Source: Schizochytrium sp. TIO01
Taxonomy: Eukaryota; Protista; Bigyra: Labyrinthulomycetes
Length of the DNA stretch: 64,000 nt
Direction of reading: 5' to 3'
NCBI GenBank assembly: GCA_004764695.1
Contig: SMSO01000034.1
Span: 1,798,001 to 1,862,000 of the forward strand
Shown here: piece after piece, positions 31,913 through 45,222 of the stretch
How positions within the stretch are numbered: position 1 is the first letter of the stretch
How the letters are laid out: every line of letters starts with the position of its first letter
The notes under the pieces: generated by a model
The model's input: only the letters and a program-made list of their open reading frames with translations
What the model was told of the DNA's origin: nothing
Database searches by the model: none
Program-made: the position numbers and the translations under genes

Positions 31913-34900
31913 CAAACAGTGTATGTGCTGTGCTTTGAAGGAAGAAAACAAATTATTATTACTTAGTACTTTAGGAGAAAGAAGCAAAGTTCCACCAACT
32001 TCGGTTTCCGAAGCTGCGACGACCGGAGCTAATAAGGCATGGATGACGCGGGACCAATTCGCGGCCACAGCTTTTTAAGTCGCGAGCGCTTAGAGAACAT
32101 GCTTGTTCAGGTGCACGTCCATCAATCCTGAGCGATTGGCCTTCCACAAAGCGATCATGCAGAGGAAGCAGCCGTCGATTCCAGGTCATAAGTTTAGATT
32201 TGGAAAGTTTCTAATTCTAGTCAGAGAAAAGGGAAAATCGATGTCGTTGCAAGAAAAGGGATTTATGAGAATATTTATCCTTTAAAAATATTATATTAAA
32301 AAAAAAAAGCTTTTGGGTTTACTCGTGTAGTTGAAATCTTGAAACCCTCCACTTTACTTTATATTTATGGAGTTTCTTTAGAGAAAAAACTTGCTGGTGT
32401 CACGATCGCGTAAAAGTCAACACCAAGAACAAGAACAACAGAATAATTACGGTGATATACACTTGTAAAATTATAGTGTACAGCTGGACGAAATTCATTT
32501 GCATTCTCGCTGGGGTAAAGAAAGGTGCACGCATTAGCTTAATCTTTTGCGTTGAAAGTCGGTCTTTGTACCGCACTTTTATTATGAACGAGTTGGGACA
32601 ACACCAAAGATAGTTTCTTTGGTTATGAGCTGGTGAGAAGATAGCCATGAAGATCTAGCAAATGCACTGATTTTATTTGCTTCAAGTACTCTTGGCAACA
32701 GTGTACAGCGCATCGCGCAATAGTCAAGTTGTCCATCCCTCTGAGATCACAAGAGTGTAATTAATCACTGGTGGGTGGGCGAAAGTTCCTCTGATGTCTT
32801 TTGTATTGAATAGCTAGAAGAGAAATTTGATAAGTCTTGGAGCTGAGAGCGATGGCGGTCGAGTGTTTGATGAAGGCAAGAACTATAAAGAATTAACGAC
32901 AAAGTTTTACGTCGCTTCCGCAGTATTAGTCGTAAAGGTGTGGTCGCGTTGAATTTCATGACACTACAATTCGATGGGTGTCTGGTTTTCATGACAATTG
33001 AATGCCTGCTTTTGTTGCGATCCTATTATCTATTTCAATGGCAGAGGATCGCTCATGAGATATACGATTCATAAAAGGGAAACAAACAGAGGAGCTAGGA
33101 TTTGAACTGGCATGAGCAGCAGTAAGTGGTTGAAGATGAGAGTACTCCATGTCTCCATTGTAAATAAAGGATGTAAGTCTTTCCGTCTTGAGAATGTTTT
33201 ATAAAATGTGCTCATTAATTTTGGTGGCTTTGCGAGAAACAGGTATAGACTTCGTGATCTTTGTTGAGGAAAGATTAATAAACACGCGTTATGCTAGAGT
33301 AATGAAATTTCCTCTTGTCCACCCTGCGCACGCTTTTTTATGTTTTTTAAAATTTAATTTTCTGGTGTAGAAAGTGAAACAAAGAGGTTTGAAGATTTGA
33401 TGAACCTTCGAAGCTTGTCATGACGACGCCCACAAAGTGAACTTGCTACCACCTCGCGCCACACCACTGTTCATCGTTGGCCACTCTTGTTTTGAAACGT
33501 GTTCGTTGCAAAAAAAGGACATTTAAAATATATATTACCTTCATTATAATCATGTATATATTTTTTAAAAAAATAATAAAAAACAATTAATAAGAGCAAG
33601 ATAGTTTCATTGGAGAAGTTAATTCGCATGTTATGGAGCGATTGCCTACGCAATTGTAAGGTTAAGCGAAGCAACTGTTAAGTTTGAACTGGCAGGATTG
33701 AGGACAATTCTACCTTTGAAGGGATGTTTGCTTGACATATCTATTTGTAAATAAGAAAAACCAAAATAAAGTTTTTAATTGAGGGGGGGAAAGAAAAGGA
33801 ACAAGGGCGAACTTGAAAAACTCTTTCTAAGTTACAAACGAAAAACCAAAAAAATCAATTCCATGAAAGAAAGCGATGCCATGCCGGAGCGAAGCACATA
33901 AGCTAATGTGCTGTGCTGTGCTGTGCTGTTGTGTAAAGCTCACGATCTCCGATGACTAGGTTTGGCGGACATGATCTTTGGAGAGCGCCATTCTACCTAC
34001 AAACGATCTGCGGCAATGCGTCCTCATACATCAGTATAGTTAGGTAGTAGCACAGGTTTTAGGAAGCATTCATTTCTGCCCCAGCCAGTACAGTAGTCGA
34101 ATCGATAAATTCTCGTATTCGCCGCCAAAACGATCCTATAATCATGCTCATCAATGAGTCTTCAGAATCTTTTTGGCCGCATTGTTCGCATAATGTGCAG
34201 CGGCAGTACTCCTCACCGCTGCGTGGCCTTGAGAATAAATATTCTAATAAACATACCCACTAAAGGACGGGAGAGCAGCCGGACAGCAAACCAAACAACA
34301 GCTGTCTTTCAAGAAAGGTGTCTTTCATCCTTTCATCCATCCATCGAAATTTTAAGTGGTGCTTCACTTAAAGCAGAAAGATAGATATATAGATACATAG
34401 ATATTTACCTCCAGGTTATTGCGACTTTCGTTTTTTCTTGATTTCTACCAAAGCGAGGTCGACTTTGGCCAACAATCGATCTTGCGGTACAACATGTGCT
34501 AGCAACTTTATTTTCTCAGCGTAGTAAGTTTCAACAAGCGAATGGGCCAAGAAAAGATATCAAATAAGGCATTATGTGAATCAACTCGTGTGACTGACTT
34601 TTTTCCAAGCCTGCTCGCTCAAAGGGAAAGGAGCTTATTTTGATTTAATTCAGACAGCGCTTCTTTGTTTCTTTCATGGAATCGAAATCAAAATACGCAG
34701 CAGCCGAATCGTAGTACTTTCGTGAGTCGAGTACCAAAAGTAGCTGCATAGAGAAAGTTATCAAGCATTCCGATGGCCTCCGAAGCGGTGTGCCAACTGA
34801 TTCGCTCATAAAGCTACAGTGCAGAAACGATGCTCCAATCCGATTTCTTCATTTCTTCATTTCTTCCTCTGGATGAAAGTTTTGGCCTGAAGAAGAGCTC

Positions 34901-37552
34901 AGCGCTGTTTTCAACAGTATTCCGTAGAAGAGACGAGTTGGCAAGGGACTTTAACAGGTACTTGTTGCGTATAAAGTCCGCTAATAATACATCACAGGGC
35001 AGTCGCCACATAAGATTCGGTTGGTTTGGGCGCGTATTCTGTCTAAATCATCATCGTCTTTGCGGGTCTCGACAATCCTTTTACTCTATTGATCAAACCT
35101 TTCCCAAATGCTCATAAGGTTGACGGTCGAGAGCCAAGTCTGAACCGATCCCACCAAAGGCCGCGGCAGCTTCATCCCTATTGACGACTATGTCAACAGA
35201 ATGAATCTTCTGGACGCAGAATAGTCAGGCCATCTCTCTGAAGAGCTAGCTTGCTTGGCAAAGGTGCTGCGTAACAAATAACCATCCATCAATGCAACTT
35301 TCGACCTCGCTTCTTGAGCAGGTGAGCCAATCCATCCACGTGCTGCTCTGTTCCAGTCCACAGATCAATCAACTAATTAACCAACCAACTAAATGAGATG
35401 ATTAGTCCAAGTGCCAGTTCAGATAGCTCATGTCTGTTGACCCGTACAAATGTGTCTCTTAAACTTGCCCACATATACAAATATATAAATAAATATATAT
35501 ATATATATACATTTATTAAAATAGACTACTTAGCATATGCAATCAGAAGCTCATTCCAAGCGCAATAGAGTCTCAACGGCGCTCTGAATGTGAGGAATGC
35601 TCAGCGGGAAACAAGCCGTCTTCGATGGCCAGGTTTTAAGACTCTTTCTTTCCTCTTTTTTTAAGCGTGGCTGACCTTGGAGAGCGACCGAGTCTTGTTT
35701 CGTCAGTGCAAGTGGCCAAGCTGACTGCTGGTATCGCTCACACTTGCACGCACGAAGGCTGCTCGCGAAGTCGATCGTTTCCTCGTGCCCGCCTGTGCAT
35801 AGTATACTGACCCCAGCACGACAAAACAATTAACTCTTCGGGCTCGAAAGTTGAACTTGTTAATTCTGCATAAAACGTGAAAACAAACAGCAACAGCAGA
35901 CATGGAGAGTCTCCCGAAAGAAAGATACACAGGTTGGCTACGTGCCTGCGTAGCTAACTAGCTATAGCTAGCTATCTGGGGCTTCTGTCCACCATCCATG
36001 CGAACCTCAATGCTAACGCAATATCTTAAAGTCCACCCTCCTTAGTCTGTACTTGGATCTGGATTCTTGAAAACTCGTTCAACGCACCAGGTAGTAAGTG
36101 TATTATATCTTTCCAAAGGGGAAGAGAGTTCTTCACCTCGCAGGCGATTCCTTGAGTCCAATGGTTGGACACTCCTTTGGCTCGAACAGAGGGAGAGTGC
36201 TCGAACAGACTGCGTGCGTATCCTGTAAACTCTAGCTAGCCAGCAAGGTGACAGAGACGAGCGAAGGAAGCAAAGCGGAGGAGACAAGTTCGCAAGGTCC
36301 TTCCAAAAATGGGTTCCTCGGGATTCCACGCCCGACATTTTCAAAGATGATACTATCAAGCTTCAACTATCTCGTTTCGTTTGTGGTGTCGAGCCTGCAT
36401 AGCATAACGTGGGCCGAGCGAGATCTTTCAGCCATGGGTATTCGCAATCGCACGAAACATGGAGCCAAGATGTCGTTCTTTCTAACTGATTCTGAAGAAT
36501 AACATATTATGGTATTTATTTTCTTTAGAGTAAAAATGTTTTCATAAAAAGGAAATCAATCAAGTTTGGCTTAAAGTTCCCTTTGGGGGAGGATTAAAAA
36601 GGAACATGGTTAAAGGTCATCATATCAGTAAGAAAACGAAACCTAGTCGCTCGGCCAGACACTCAAGCACAGAGTTTTCATGCTGGACTACGGCTGCGAT
36701 TGATCTGGGTTCATGTATACATACATAAACACATACACTCGTGGATGCCATCAGCCGAGTTTTAATCTGTTTTGTCATGGGTGTTAAAAGGAGTGGGACA
36801 GGCCATGGCCGTTTCCCCACTGACTGACTAGCGTCAGGACCATCATCTCGAGACACTCGGCCCGCGCTAGTTTGCTGCAGACCTTGCGCAGAGAGCGGAA
36901 GCGGAGGCACTCTCACCGCATTTCGTGTTTTGTGGAGACGATGGGTTCTGTGCCAATATCTTTATTCGGAGCTCCGCGAGCGCACTTCCGAAGACTTGCG
37001 ATGGCCGGAGTCGGCCTTTTCAAGTGCATACAGTATGTAGACTTTCGCAGGAGGACAGTTTGCAGCACCTCATTAGAACAGCAAATCAAACCATCCATCC
37101 ACGAATCAAATCGAGCGCGAAATAAGTAACTAATCAACTAAACTGACTGACTGACTGGCTGACTGACTGGTTCTGGGAAAACCGCGCAAGAACAGGTCAA
37201 CTGCCAGCGGCTCTGACTTTGAGTGTATGGATGGGTGCCTTGAAGGAGGAATGCAAAGGCTAGGGCCTCGACTCAGGACAGTGCGCCTGTCAAAGAAACC
37301 AGCATTCAGCCAACCAGCCCTTGTTCAAATGATGCGACACTTTTTTATAGCTCTGTTGTCTGCGAGAGACCGATAAACCTTCATCTATCGGAGCTGACAG
37401 CGATTGCGATAGGTGAATAGTAAACAAACAAATAGATCGCCAGATCCTGAGGGGCTGATTTGGGTCAGAACGGTGTTTTTAAATGTTGGGACAGGGTGGG
37501 ACAGGCTTTGTGAGGATAACCAAGATAGCAAAGAGACTTTCTTTGGACAAAT

Positions 37553-37734
37553 AAACAAACAAACAAACAAACAAACAAACAAACAAACAAACAAACAAAC
37601 AAACAAACAAACAAACAAACAAACAAACAAACAAACAAACAAACAAACAAACAAACAAACAAACAAACAAACAAACAAACAAACAAACAAACAAACAAAC
37701 AAACAAACAAACAAACAAACAAACAAACAAACAA
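37553..37734. repeat. Perfect (AAAC)45 microsatellite
   Basis: Direct reading; source of the FVCL/NKQT repeat ORFs. Confidence 0.97.
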
Positions 37735-40700
37735 ATGCGCACGTTTCTCGGAGCAGCCCGCCGGCGTCCCTCCCTCGCGATAAATCGCTAGAACGCTGCG
37801 ACCGATGCGGAAAGCTAAGACCTCGCGAATGGCTCCGATCAGGGCTGCTGCGTCCTTGGACGCTTATGAAAGCTGGGCAGCCATGTCTGAATTGTAACAA
37901 TCTGCGCAACCAGAATGAGATGAGATAGCTAGGACAACAAAGTACACACCCGCCATACTTTTGTCAAATTCGATTTTTAATTTTTAATTTCTTAGAGTTC
38001 TACTTTTTTATTAAAATTACTTTTTCTTAAATTGATTTTATTTTCTTCTTCAAATGAGGGGAAAGGAAAACGATTAAATAGAACTAAGCACAGCATGGGA
38101 TGTCTGATGCATCCTGCCCCAACGCTATGAAAGCTGGGCCGTGAATGGTTGCAAGCAAGCGCCTCTTACAACGGCCCTTCGGACGCTGAAGAAGCAAGCA
38201 GTAAGCATGGATACTTCATCCGCGGGCGCGCTGACCTTTGTATTAATTAAAAGTGAAAAGTTTTGGTCGCAACTAGCTTCGTTTTACTTACAGACCACTG
38301 TTCTCTAGAAGGTAATACGAAAAGGACTTCAAGAAGGCAGTTTTTGGTTGTCCTTTCGCTCCCTTCGTGAGATAAGCACCCAGTTATCAGCCAATCAATC
38401 GCATGCCTCCAAAAGTGCTGCAGTGGTAGCAGCCACTTATCCAAGGCGACTCTCCGACTATGGTGCGAGGTTATACCCTTCTATGTTCACAACTTTCGAC
38501 CAGCTTAATATATAGCGTATCCGAAGTTAGTTAATATTTCTAAAATCAATTTTAAAAGCAGCTGAGGAACTGAATACATTCATGAAGAAGGACAGCAAAG
38601 CGAAGAACAAGAAGAACAAGACTAAGAAGAAGAAGTTCGGCCAGGCACCTGCCTCCAAGAGATAGTAGTAACAGACTGCGGCTGTTTCTACCAACGAGCT
38701 GCTGCGGTATGCTTAGCTAGGTAGCTTCCTGTCGCCTCCCGGTTCCAGGGCCTCTTCTCCGGGTCTTCCTGGGACCAGGTCTGCTCACGAGTCTCGCAAT
38801 CTGCGCTGCGGCTCCTTGCCTCGTGCCTTTCCTCGTGGCTATTGAGGCCCTCTGGAGTTTATCATTACCCCTCTTCTCCAACCCTGTTTCTTTCGCAAGT
38901 CTCGAAGCGCTTGAAAACAGCGGCACAAGGATCTCGCCGCCACCTCGAGGTCGAGATTTTCACGTGAGATTGTTTTGTTTTTTCTTTCTAAGCGGCACTT
39001 TTGTGAGGAGGTACGGTACGATGAGTGAGAGTCACTCGAAGAGAGAAGATCGATCGATCGATCGATCGATCGGTTGGGCGGAAACCAATCATTTCGCTGA
39101 CGCTGACATATATTTTTGAGTCGCGGCGATATAGCTTATCCAGGCAGCGGGGAGAATGAAAGGATTGGTTCCAGACAGGTCTTTCGAAAAGGGACAAAAG
39201 TACAAACGCTCGAGAATATATGAATAAATGGGCGAATGGATGCGTGGATAGAGAGAGAAAGGGTATTTTGTCTATGCAACTTGAGGCCGGCGATCTCGGG
39301 CAGCCTGTCTTGATGGTGTTCGTTCGACGACGCGAGAGAGGGCGCTTCTTGCAGGGCGTCGCTAGGCAAGGGCCTCATTGAAGACTGAGGAGTGAGGTGA
39401 GTGCCCTGCTTTCTATCTCCAAATCCAGGAAAACAACCAACCTGGAGACCTTCTTCTTCAACCTTGAGGCTTGGAGGCTTCTTGAAACACAGACAGCTGC
39501 AGCAGCGACCATTGCGGTGGCTCCGTCAGGCGGAGTGGAGTGCGGTGGAAATGTAAGCGGCCATTTAGAATCGAGGAAGTAGCTCTGAGAAGCAAGCAAG
39601 AAAGAAAGACCTCTTAGCTTGTTTTAGCATCTCTCTATCTATGCTCAGTGCTCGATCTCTCTAAACGAACCACTTTGGGTTATCTCTACCAATCACCACT
39701 AGTAACTATTAGTTTCGTTTTATAAACAAAACAAAAATTGCCTGTACCTGAAAAGAGCAGAAGCAGGGAAGCATTCAGGTCTACTGGCAGGTGATGGAAT
39801 TCTGAGGGATGGCACCAAGTTTTTTTTCTTGCTCCCCTCAATCGTCGTCTTGCATTTTTGATTCCTCGAATGGGAATGAATATAATGGATGATATATACT
39901 TCCATACCAAAAATAGAGGTATAAGGTGGAAATCCAAGGTTGACTTTAAAAAAAAAATCTGGCACCTGCACGGCGATGAAATCGATTGGGTTTCTAAAAA
40001 AACTCAGAAAGAAAAGAATCATCGGCCATTATGAGATTAAGCAAACAAAGCAGCAGCTGAGACTTTTACATTTGTGTAACTTCGTTGCAAGCATAAACAG
40101 CGATACTTGCGCGCTACAATATTCCAATCAGTGAAAGATATTTTTAAGATCTCACTGATTGCACTCTAAAGTATTAAAGCATGAAATGGCAAAAGCGCAC
40201 GCGACCCTAATGATGGAGATCAGTTGCCTTTGGGTAGTGCTACCATTCATACTCTTCTCTTTGTGATAAACTGAACAAACAGGATAAACCTCGATCGATT
40301 AATCAATCTTCGCTGATCTTAAGATAATGAGCAATTCTTTAAGAAGATCTCCACTCAGTAAACAAACTTTTGGGAGAGTTTTTGAAGATAGATTTGCTCC
40401 TGCTCTTATCTTCCTCGCCATCGGCAGGCTTTTAATCGTTACCTTCTTCGAGACATTCATTGGGAAAACTAAAACTACAAAACTAAAACAAAGTCAAAGC
40501 ATGCGGTTGTTTCCTAACTTGTTCATGTTGTCCTCACACTCATGCTGCGCCAAAATGCAGCATGATGATCAATCAGTCAGCAGACTAACCGCGCAGTACT
40601 TTTTGTTTGTTGGTTCCAGTACTTTTTTGTTTGTGGTAAGCTAAAAGCACAGGCATTCCCACCTTCCTGAAAGCAAGCCCTTAAAACAACAAAAACTCTT

Positions 40701-43700
40701 CTCTATCCTACTATTGTGCTCTTCCACGTCCCTTACTCTCTCTATATATATCTCTCTCATGCCACGACTGTGACGCCAGAGCTAATTACTAATGGTTTAG
40801 GTACCTCGGTAGGTCCCTGCTTGCCTCGCTAGAAAGCGTGTACGTAGGTGCTATGCTGTGCACAACTATTGATGTGTAAAAAGGAAAAGAAGCTGGTTCC
40901 TGTTTTTTCACGATAGCAGATACTATGATTACAAAGGTGAGCACCGGCACACTCGATTGTGCGAGTCGGCGAGTTCGCTAACAGAAAAGAAGTGGAAGGG
41001 CAGCAGAAGATCATTGAGCGTTCAGACCAGTGTCAGCGAAGTTGATGTGAGGGGGGAACACCACAAATGGTGAATCTCAGCACATCGTACCCATCGTCTT
41101 ATTTTTATCATTATTTACTCTCTCTCTCTCTGTGCACCACTGAATGTTCATGAAAAGGCTGTGAGGCAGCTATAGCCAGAGCACGAGCCCATTTATAAAG
41201 TGCCTTTCTCTTTACCTACAGTGGTTTTTGATCATTAGTTTAGTACATACTATTTTATTTTCAGAACAATTTAAACTATTTGTTTGAAATTAATAATGAT
41301 AAACTAAATTACTTACTTGTTTTTCAATTTTTAAAAGAAGTTATTTTGAAATATCCTATATTTTTGTACAGCTTTCATTTGAAAAGCGGTCCTAAAATAC
41401 ACAAGCACTTTTATTTGAACATTAAAATTCAAACGAAAGAAATACTATCTTTAATAAAATAAAAAAAAAGGGGGAAAAAAGGAAAAATTCGTATCGCTAA
41501 AAAATGAAACTCCGCAAGTAATTCAGCACGATAAAATACTGTTTTCAAAAGACAAAAGACAAAAGACATGTTTTTTTAAATTTTAGAAAAGAGAGCCATG
41601 AAGACATTAAATACATAATTTTTTGTCTTGTATAAATTTACTTTAAAAGATAAGGAGCACACTTTTTGAAAGACAGCTCAAAATACTTTGCATTCAAAAA
41701 CTTGGCTTCACTAATTAATACTGTTTAATTAATAAGACATTCATCAAAGTTAATTTATTTTAAATAAATACATATATTTTTAAAAGCTAAATAAACAAAG
41801 TTTCTTTTTAATATTAAAAAATATATATATGTTGACGCGAACGATATCCAATTGACAAAAATGTCGTTTACCACTGTTGCATGATTTCGCGCGCAACCAA
41901 TGCATACACCGACATCATGCAAATTAAACGTTAGTAGTGCATGCAGCGAAGCAGCGCTTCAGCCGATTGTCACGAATGTCCTGCTGCAAGGGGGTTGCAG
42001 GTCTTGGCAAAGCTATAAAAGAACCACATTGCAATTTATAGGCAAACATCGATCTCTGAGATATCGAGCTTTAGTTTCATCCACATTAGTTCTTCGTACA
42101 CAGCTGTTGCTTCAAGTAGTAACAATTTATTGATCGGGTGGGTTGTTCTTGTAAGAGCCAAGTAAGTACTTACTTCCATCGATTCGACGAACTGGCATCT
42201 CACGAAATAGCCCAGAGTAAAAGCCACGGAAGCACGGCCGTCGTCGAGCAAAAGCGTTGCTGTTCTCAAACTCCTCCTCCTGCCGCGAAGACTTGCTTGT
42301 TTGATCTCTACTCTGTCCTTTTAAGTTGAGGATGTGAACGAAACTAACCTTCGATGAGTTTATTTACTTATTCAATCTCTCTCCTTGTTGTGAGAATCAC
42401 CAAAACCCTCTATATCCTCTTGTTCAGGGGTTGGTTCCCTTTTTTAGACTTAAAAGTGTTTGAAATGTTTAGTTTCAAAATAAATACTAAGCGGCTGAAA
42501 ACCTCTTACTATCGCAAACGATAGAAACCCCAGAAGAGCAGGCAGCCTGAGCGAGTTATAGAGGTCCTACAGTTATAGCACTCACCCATTCATTACCTAT
42601 TATTTTTGTGTTGCTTTTTTAAACGTTTAAAATATGACTATTCTTATTATTATTTTTTAATTAAAATACTATATTACTGCTACACCACAGAGGGCAAATA
42701 GGAACTGGGAGTGAGACTAGAATTACCACCAGGGCAATCAAGAACGCTTGGAGAGAGCGCACGCCCTTATTTGCTTGCTTGCTTGCTTCTGCTTGCGTGT
42801 CCTTGGCGCTGGACTCTTTCGAGCGACCCCAACGCCGCAATCCCTGGTCGATATTTGCGAATTGGCAGCCGTCCGCCGAGAAGACCATCTATCTCCAAGC
42901 TCGAGCGGCCGTCTCTTCTCTGAGCAAGGCAGGATCGAAGCGAAACGAGTGCCCTGGTTTTTCACATTAGTCTGTCAGTGGATAATAAATAGATCTTCAA
43001 GTTTGCTTTTCCTCATTTCATTTCGCAAAAGACGAATGAGCGAATGAATGGATGAATATTCACAATGTCCATTCCATACCACTGCTTCGCAGTGAGCTTA
43101 TAAAAAAGAGAAGCCGCTTCTTCGGTAGCTATAACCTCGTTACCCTCTTCTGAGTCCTGGTTTCCACTCGCCAAACAGCAGCAGGTCCGTGCCTAAGGGA
43201 CCCATAAGGACCCTACTGCGGCAAAAAAAGGAACCCCATAGTTTTGTCCCACCGCTGCTCCGCTTCTGACTCTTTCAGAGCCCACTAGCACATGCTTAAG
43301 CGGATCTAGGCAATACTACAGTGCAACATTGCATTTCGTTCACTTCTACTGCTTCCTTCCACGTGTCTTTCTTTCTTTCTATTTTATTTTTTTAAGTTTA
43401 AAAAAAATGTTTGTTTCGAGATCATGATTGTTTCGAGATCATGTTTATTTCTTTATTCACCCACTCACTCGCTTATTAGCCTGTCTCTTCCTGCTGCTGC
43501 TGCTTGTGCTGCGCTTGCTCTGTAATTTACGAAACCACTCTTCGTGGTGAGTTCTTCATGGTCTTTCCAACTTCTGCCAACTAGCTATGAGTTTGAAGAA
43601 TAATAGTATAACGAAGGTTGGACACGTGTTTTTTAATACTATATATTATGCCTATAAAAGATCGCTAGATGTAATTTCTGCAAAAGGGGACACCAGAGAA

Positions 43701-45175
43701 TCAAACCAACAGAACATGAATTACATTTCAAGCAAGCGCCACCTGCCTCCCTCCCTTCGCACCGGTGGAGCGATTGATCCGCCTCCCTCCGGAGATCTCC
43801 GTCCTCCAAGTGACCTATCGTACGTACTGCGCCTCTGCAGTCGACCTCCAGAAGAGAGTCAATCTCTGCATCCATCCTCCTTCAAGCTTCGCCAGCTACG
43901 GCCTAGCTAGATTTACGAGACCAATCGAAGGCCAAGCCAATCGATTCATTCATTCATTCATTCATTCATTCTCATTCTAAGCAAGCAAGCAAGCAAGCAA
44001 GCAAGCGATCTCGTTCCAAGTCCAAGTCCACCCTGTGCGAAGAAGAGAAGCGTCCAACGAAGAAGCAGGCAGCAGAAATCTCAGAAGAGCTGCAGGAAAT
44101 CAATCAAGCCGCCGGGCTCAGGCGGGTTCGCGCCGGTCCAGCATGGGGCCGAACTCCACCGCGGCGGCGCTGGTCCGGCAGGCTCCGTCCAGACGGCAAG
44201 CCATCCCCAAAGAGGAAGGAGGCAGGACAGCTGTGGCTGGCTGGCTGGCTGGCCGCGAGGATGGTGCTGAGCTCAGACAGGCCAGAGCAGCGAAAAAGGT
44301 CGATCACGAGATGATGGTTGATGACGAGATGATGGGTTGCAAGATTTTTGATCGATTGATTGATTGATGGATTGATGGATTGATTGATCGCTCCGCCACG
44401 TTCTATGGTGGGCTTTCTGCAGATTCGTGGCTTTCGCTGTGGCGCTGTGTTCGGCGCTGTTCTGTCCTGTTCTGCTATGCTTGTTTTGCGAATCAACATC
44501 ACTTTCTAGTTTTTCCTTTGTTTGCTTGTTTCTTTCTTTCTTTCTTTCTTTGTTTCTTTCTTTCTTTGTTTCTTTCTTTCTTTTGCTGTGCGTGGGTACC
44601 TTAGGCACGTAATGGCGATGAGACCGCGAAGGAATGGATGAACGACACGCACCGCTGCGGATGAGAGCGCCGACAAGATGAGGCCCATCTGCAGAGTGTT
44701 TCCACGAATGTTTTCGAGGGACCATCGCGGCCTTCGTCCCGCCACGAGCATTGATTGATTGATAACCGTTAGTTGCTTGCTGGCTTGCTTGCTTGCTTGC
44801 GTGCTTGTCTTTCATTCAATTCGGAGAAATGAATGGACCAACTTATATACGAAACCATCCCATCTGCCCTGCCTATATCCATCGAAGGAAAGGCTCCAAG
44901 TGAAGCTGCGCTTTACTTGAAAAGAAAGCAGTTTGAAGCAGAGGAGGTATCAGAAGTCTTGGAGCCAAGAGCCTGAGACTTGACCTGAGGCCAAACGCTT
45001 GAGAGGCGCCGGCGCCTTGATGGTTGGCTCCGGAATGGGACCACCGGAGAAGGCACGTTTCCGTCGTTCAAGCGGGTGGCGTGGTCCTCTTGTCTCGTCT
45101 TCGATTAAGATGACCCCAGAAGAGCTCTTGAGATCCCGTGCTATTAATTCCACAGTTTCTGTCGCCACGAAGATG

Positions 45176-45222
45176 AACGAACGAATGAATGAATGAATGA
45201 ATGAATGAATGAATGAATGAAT
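45176..45222. repeat. (GAAT)n microsatellite
   Basis: Direct reading. Confidence 0.9.

Noticed and set aside
37385-37928. ORFs with FVCL/NKQT repeats (also FIHS, NQSI, KKER types elsewhere)
   Set aside because: Translations of stop-free tetranucleotide microsatellites.
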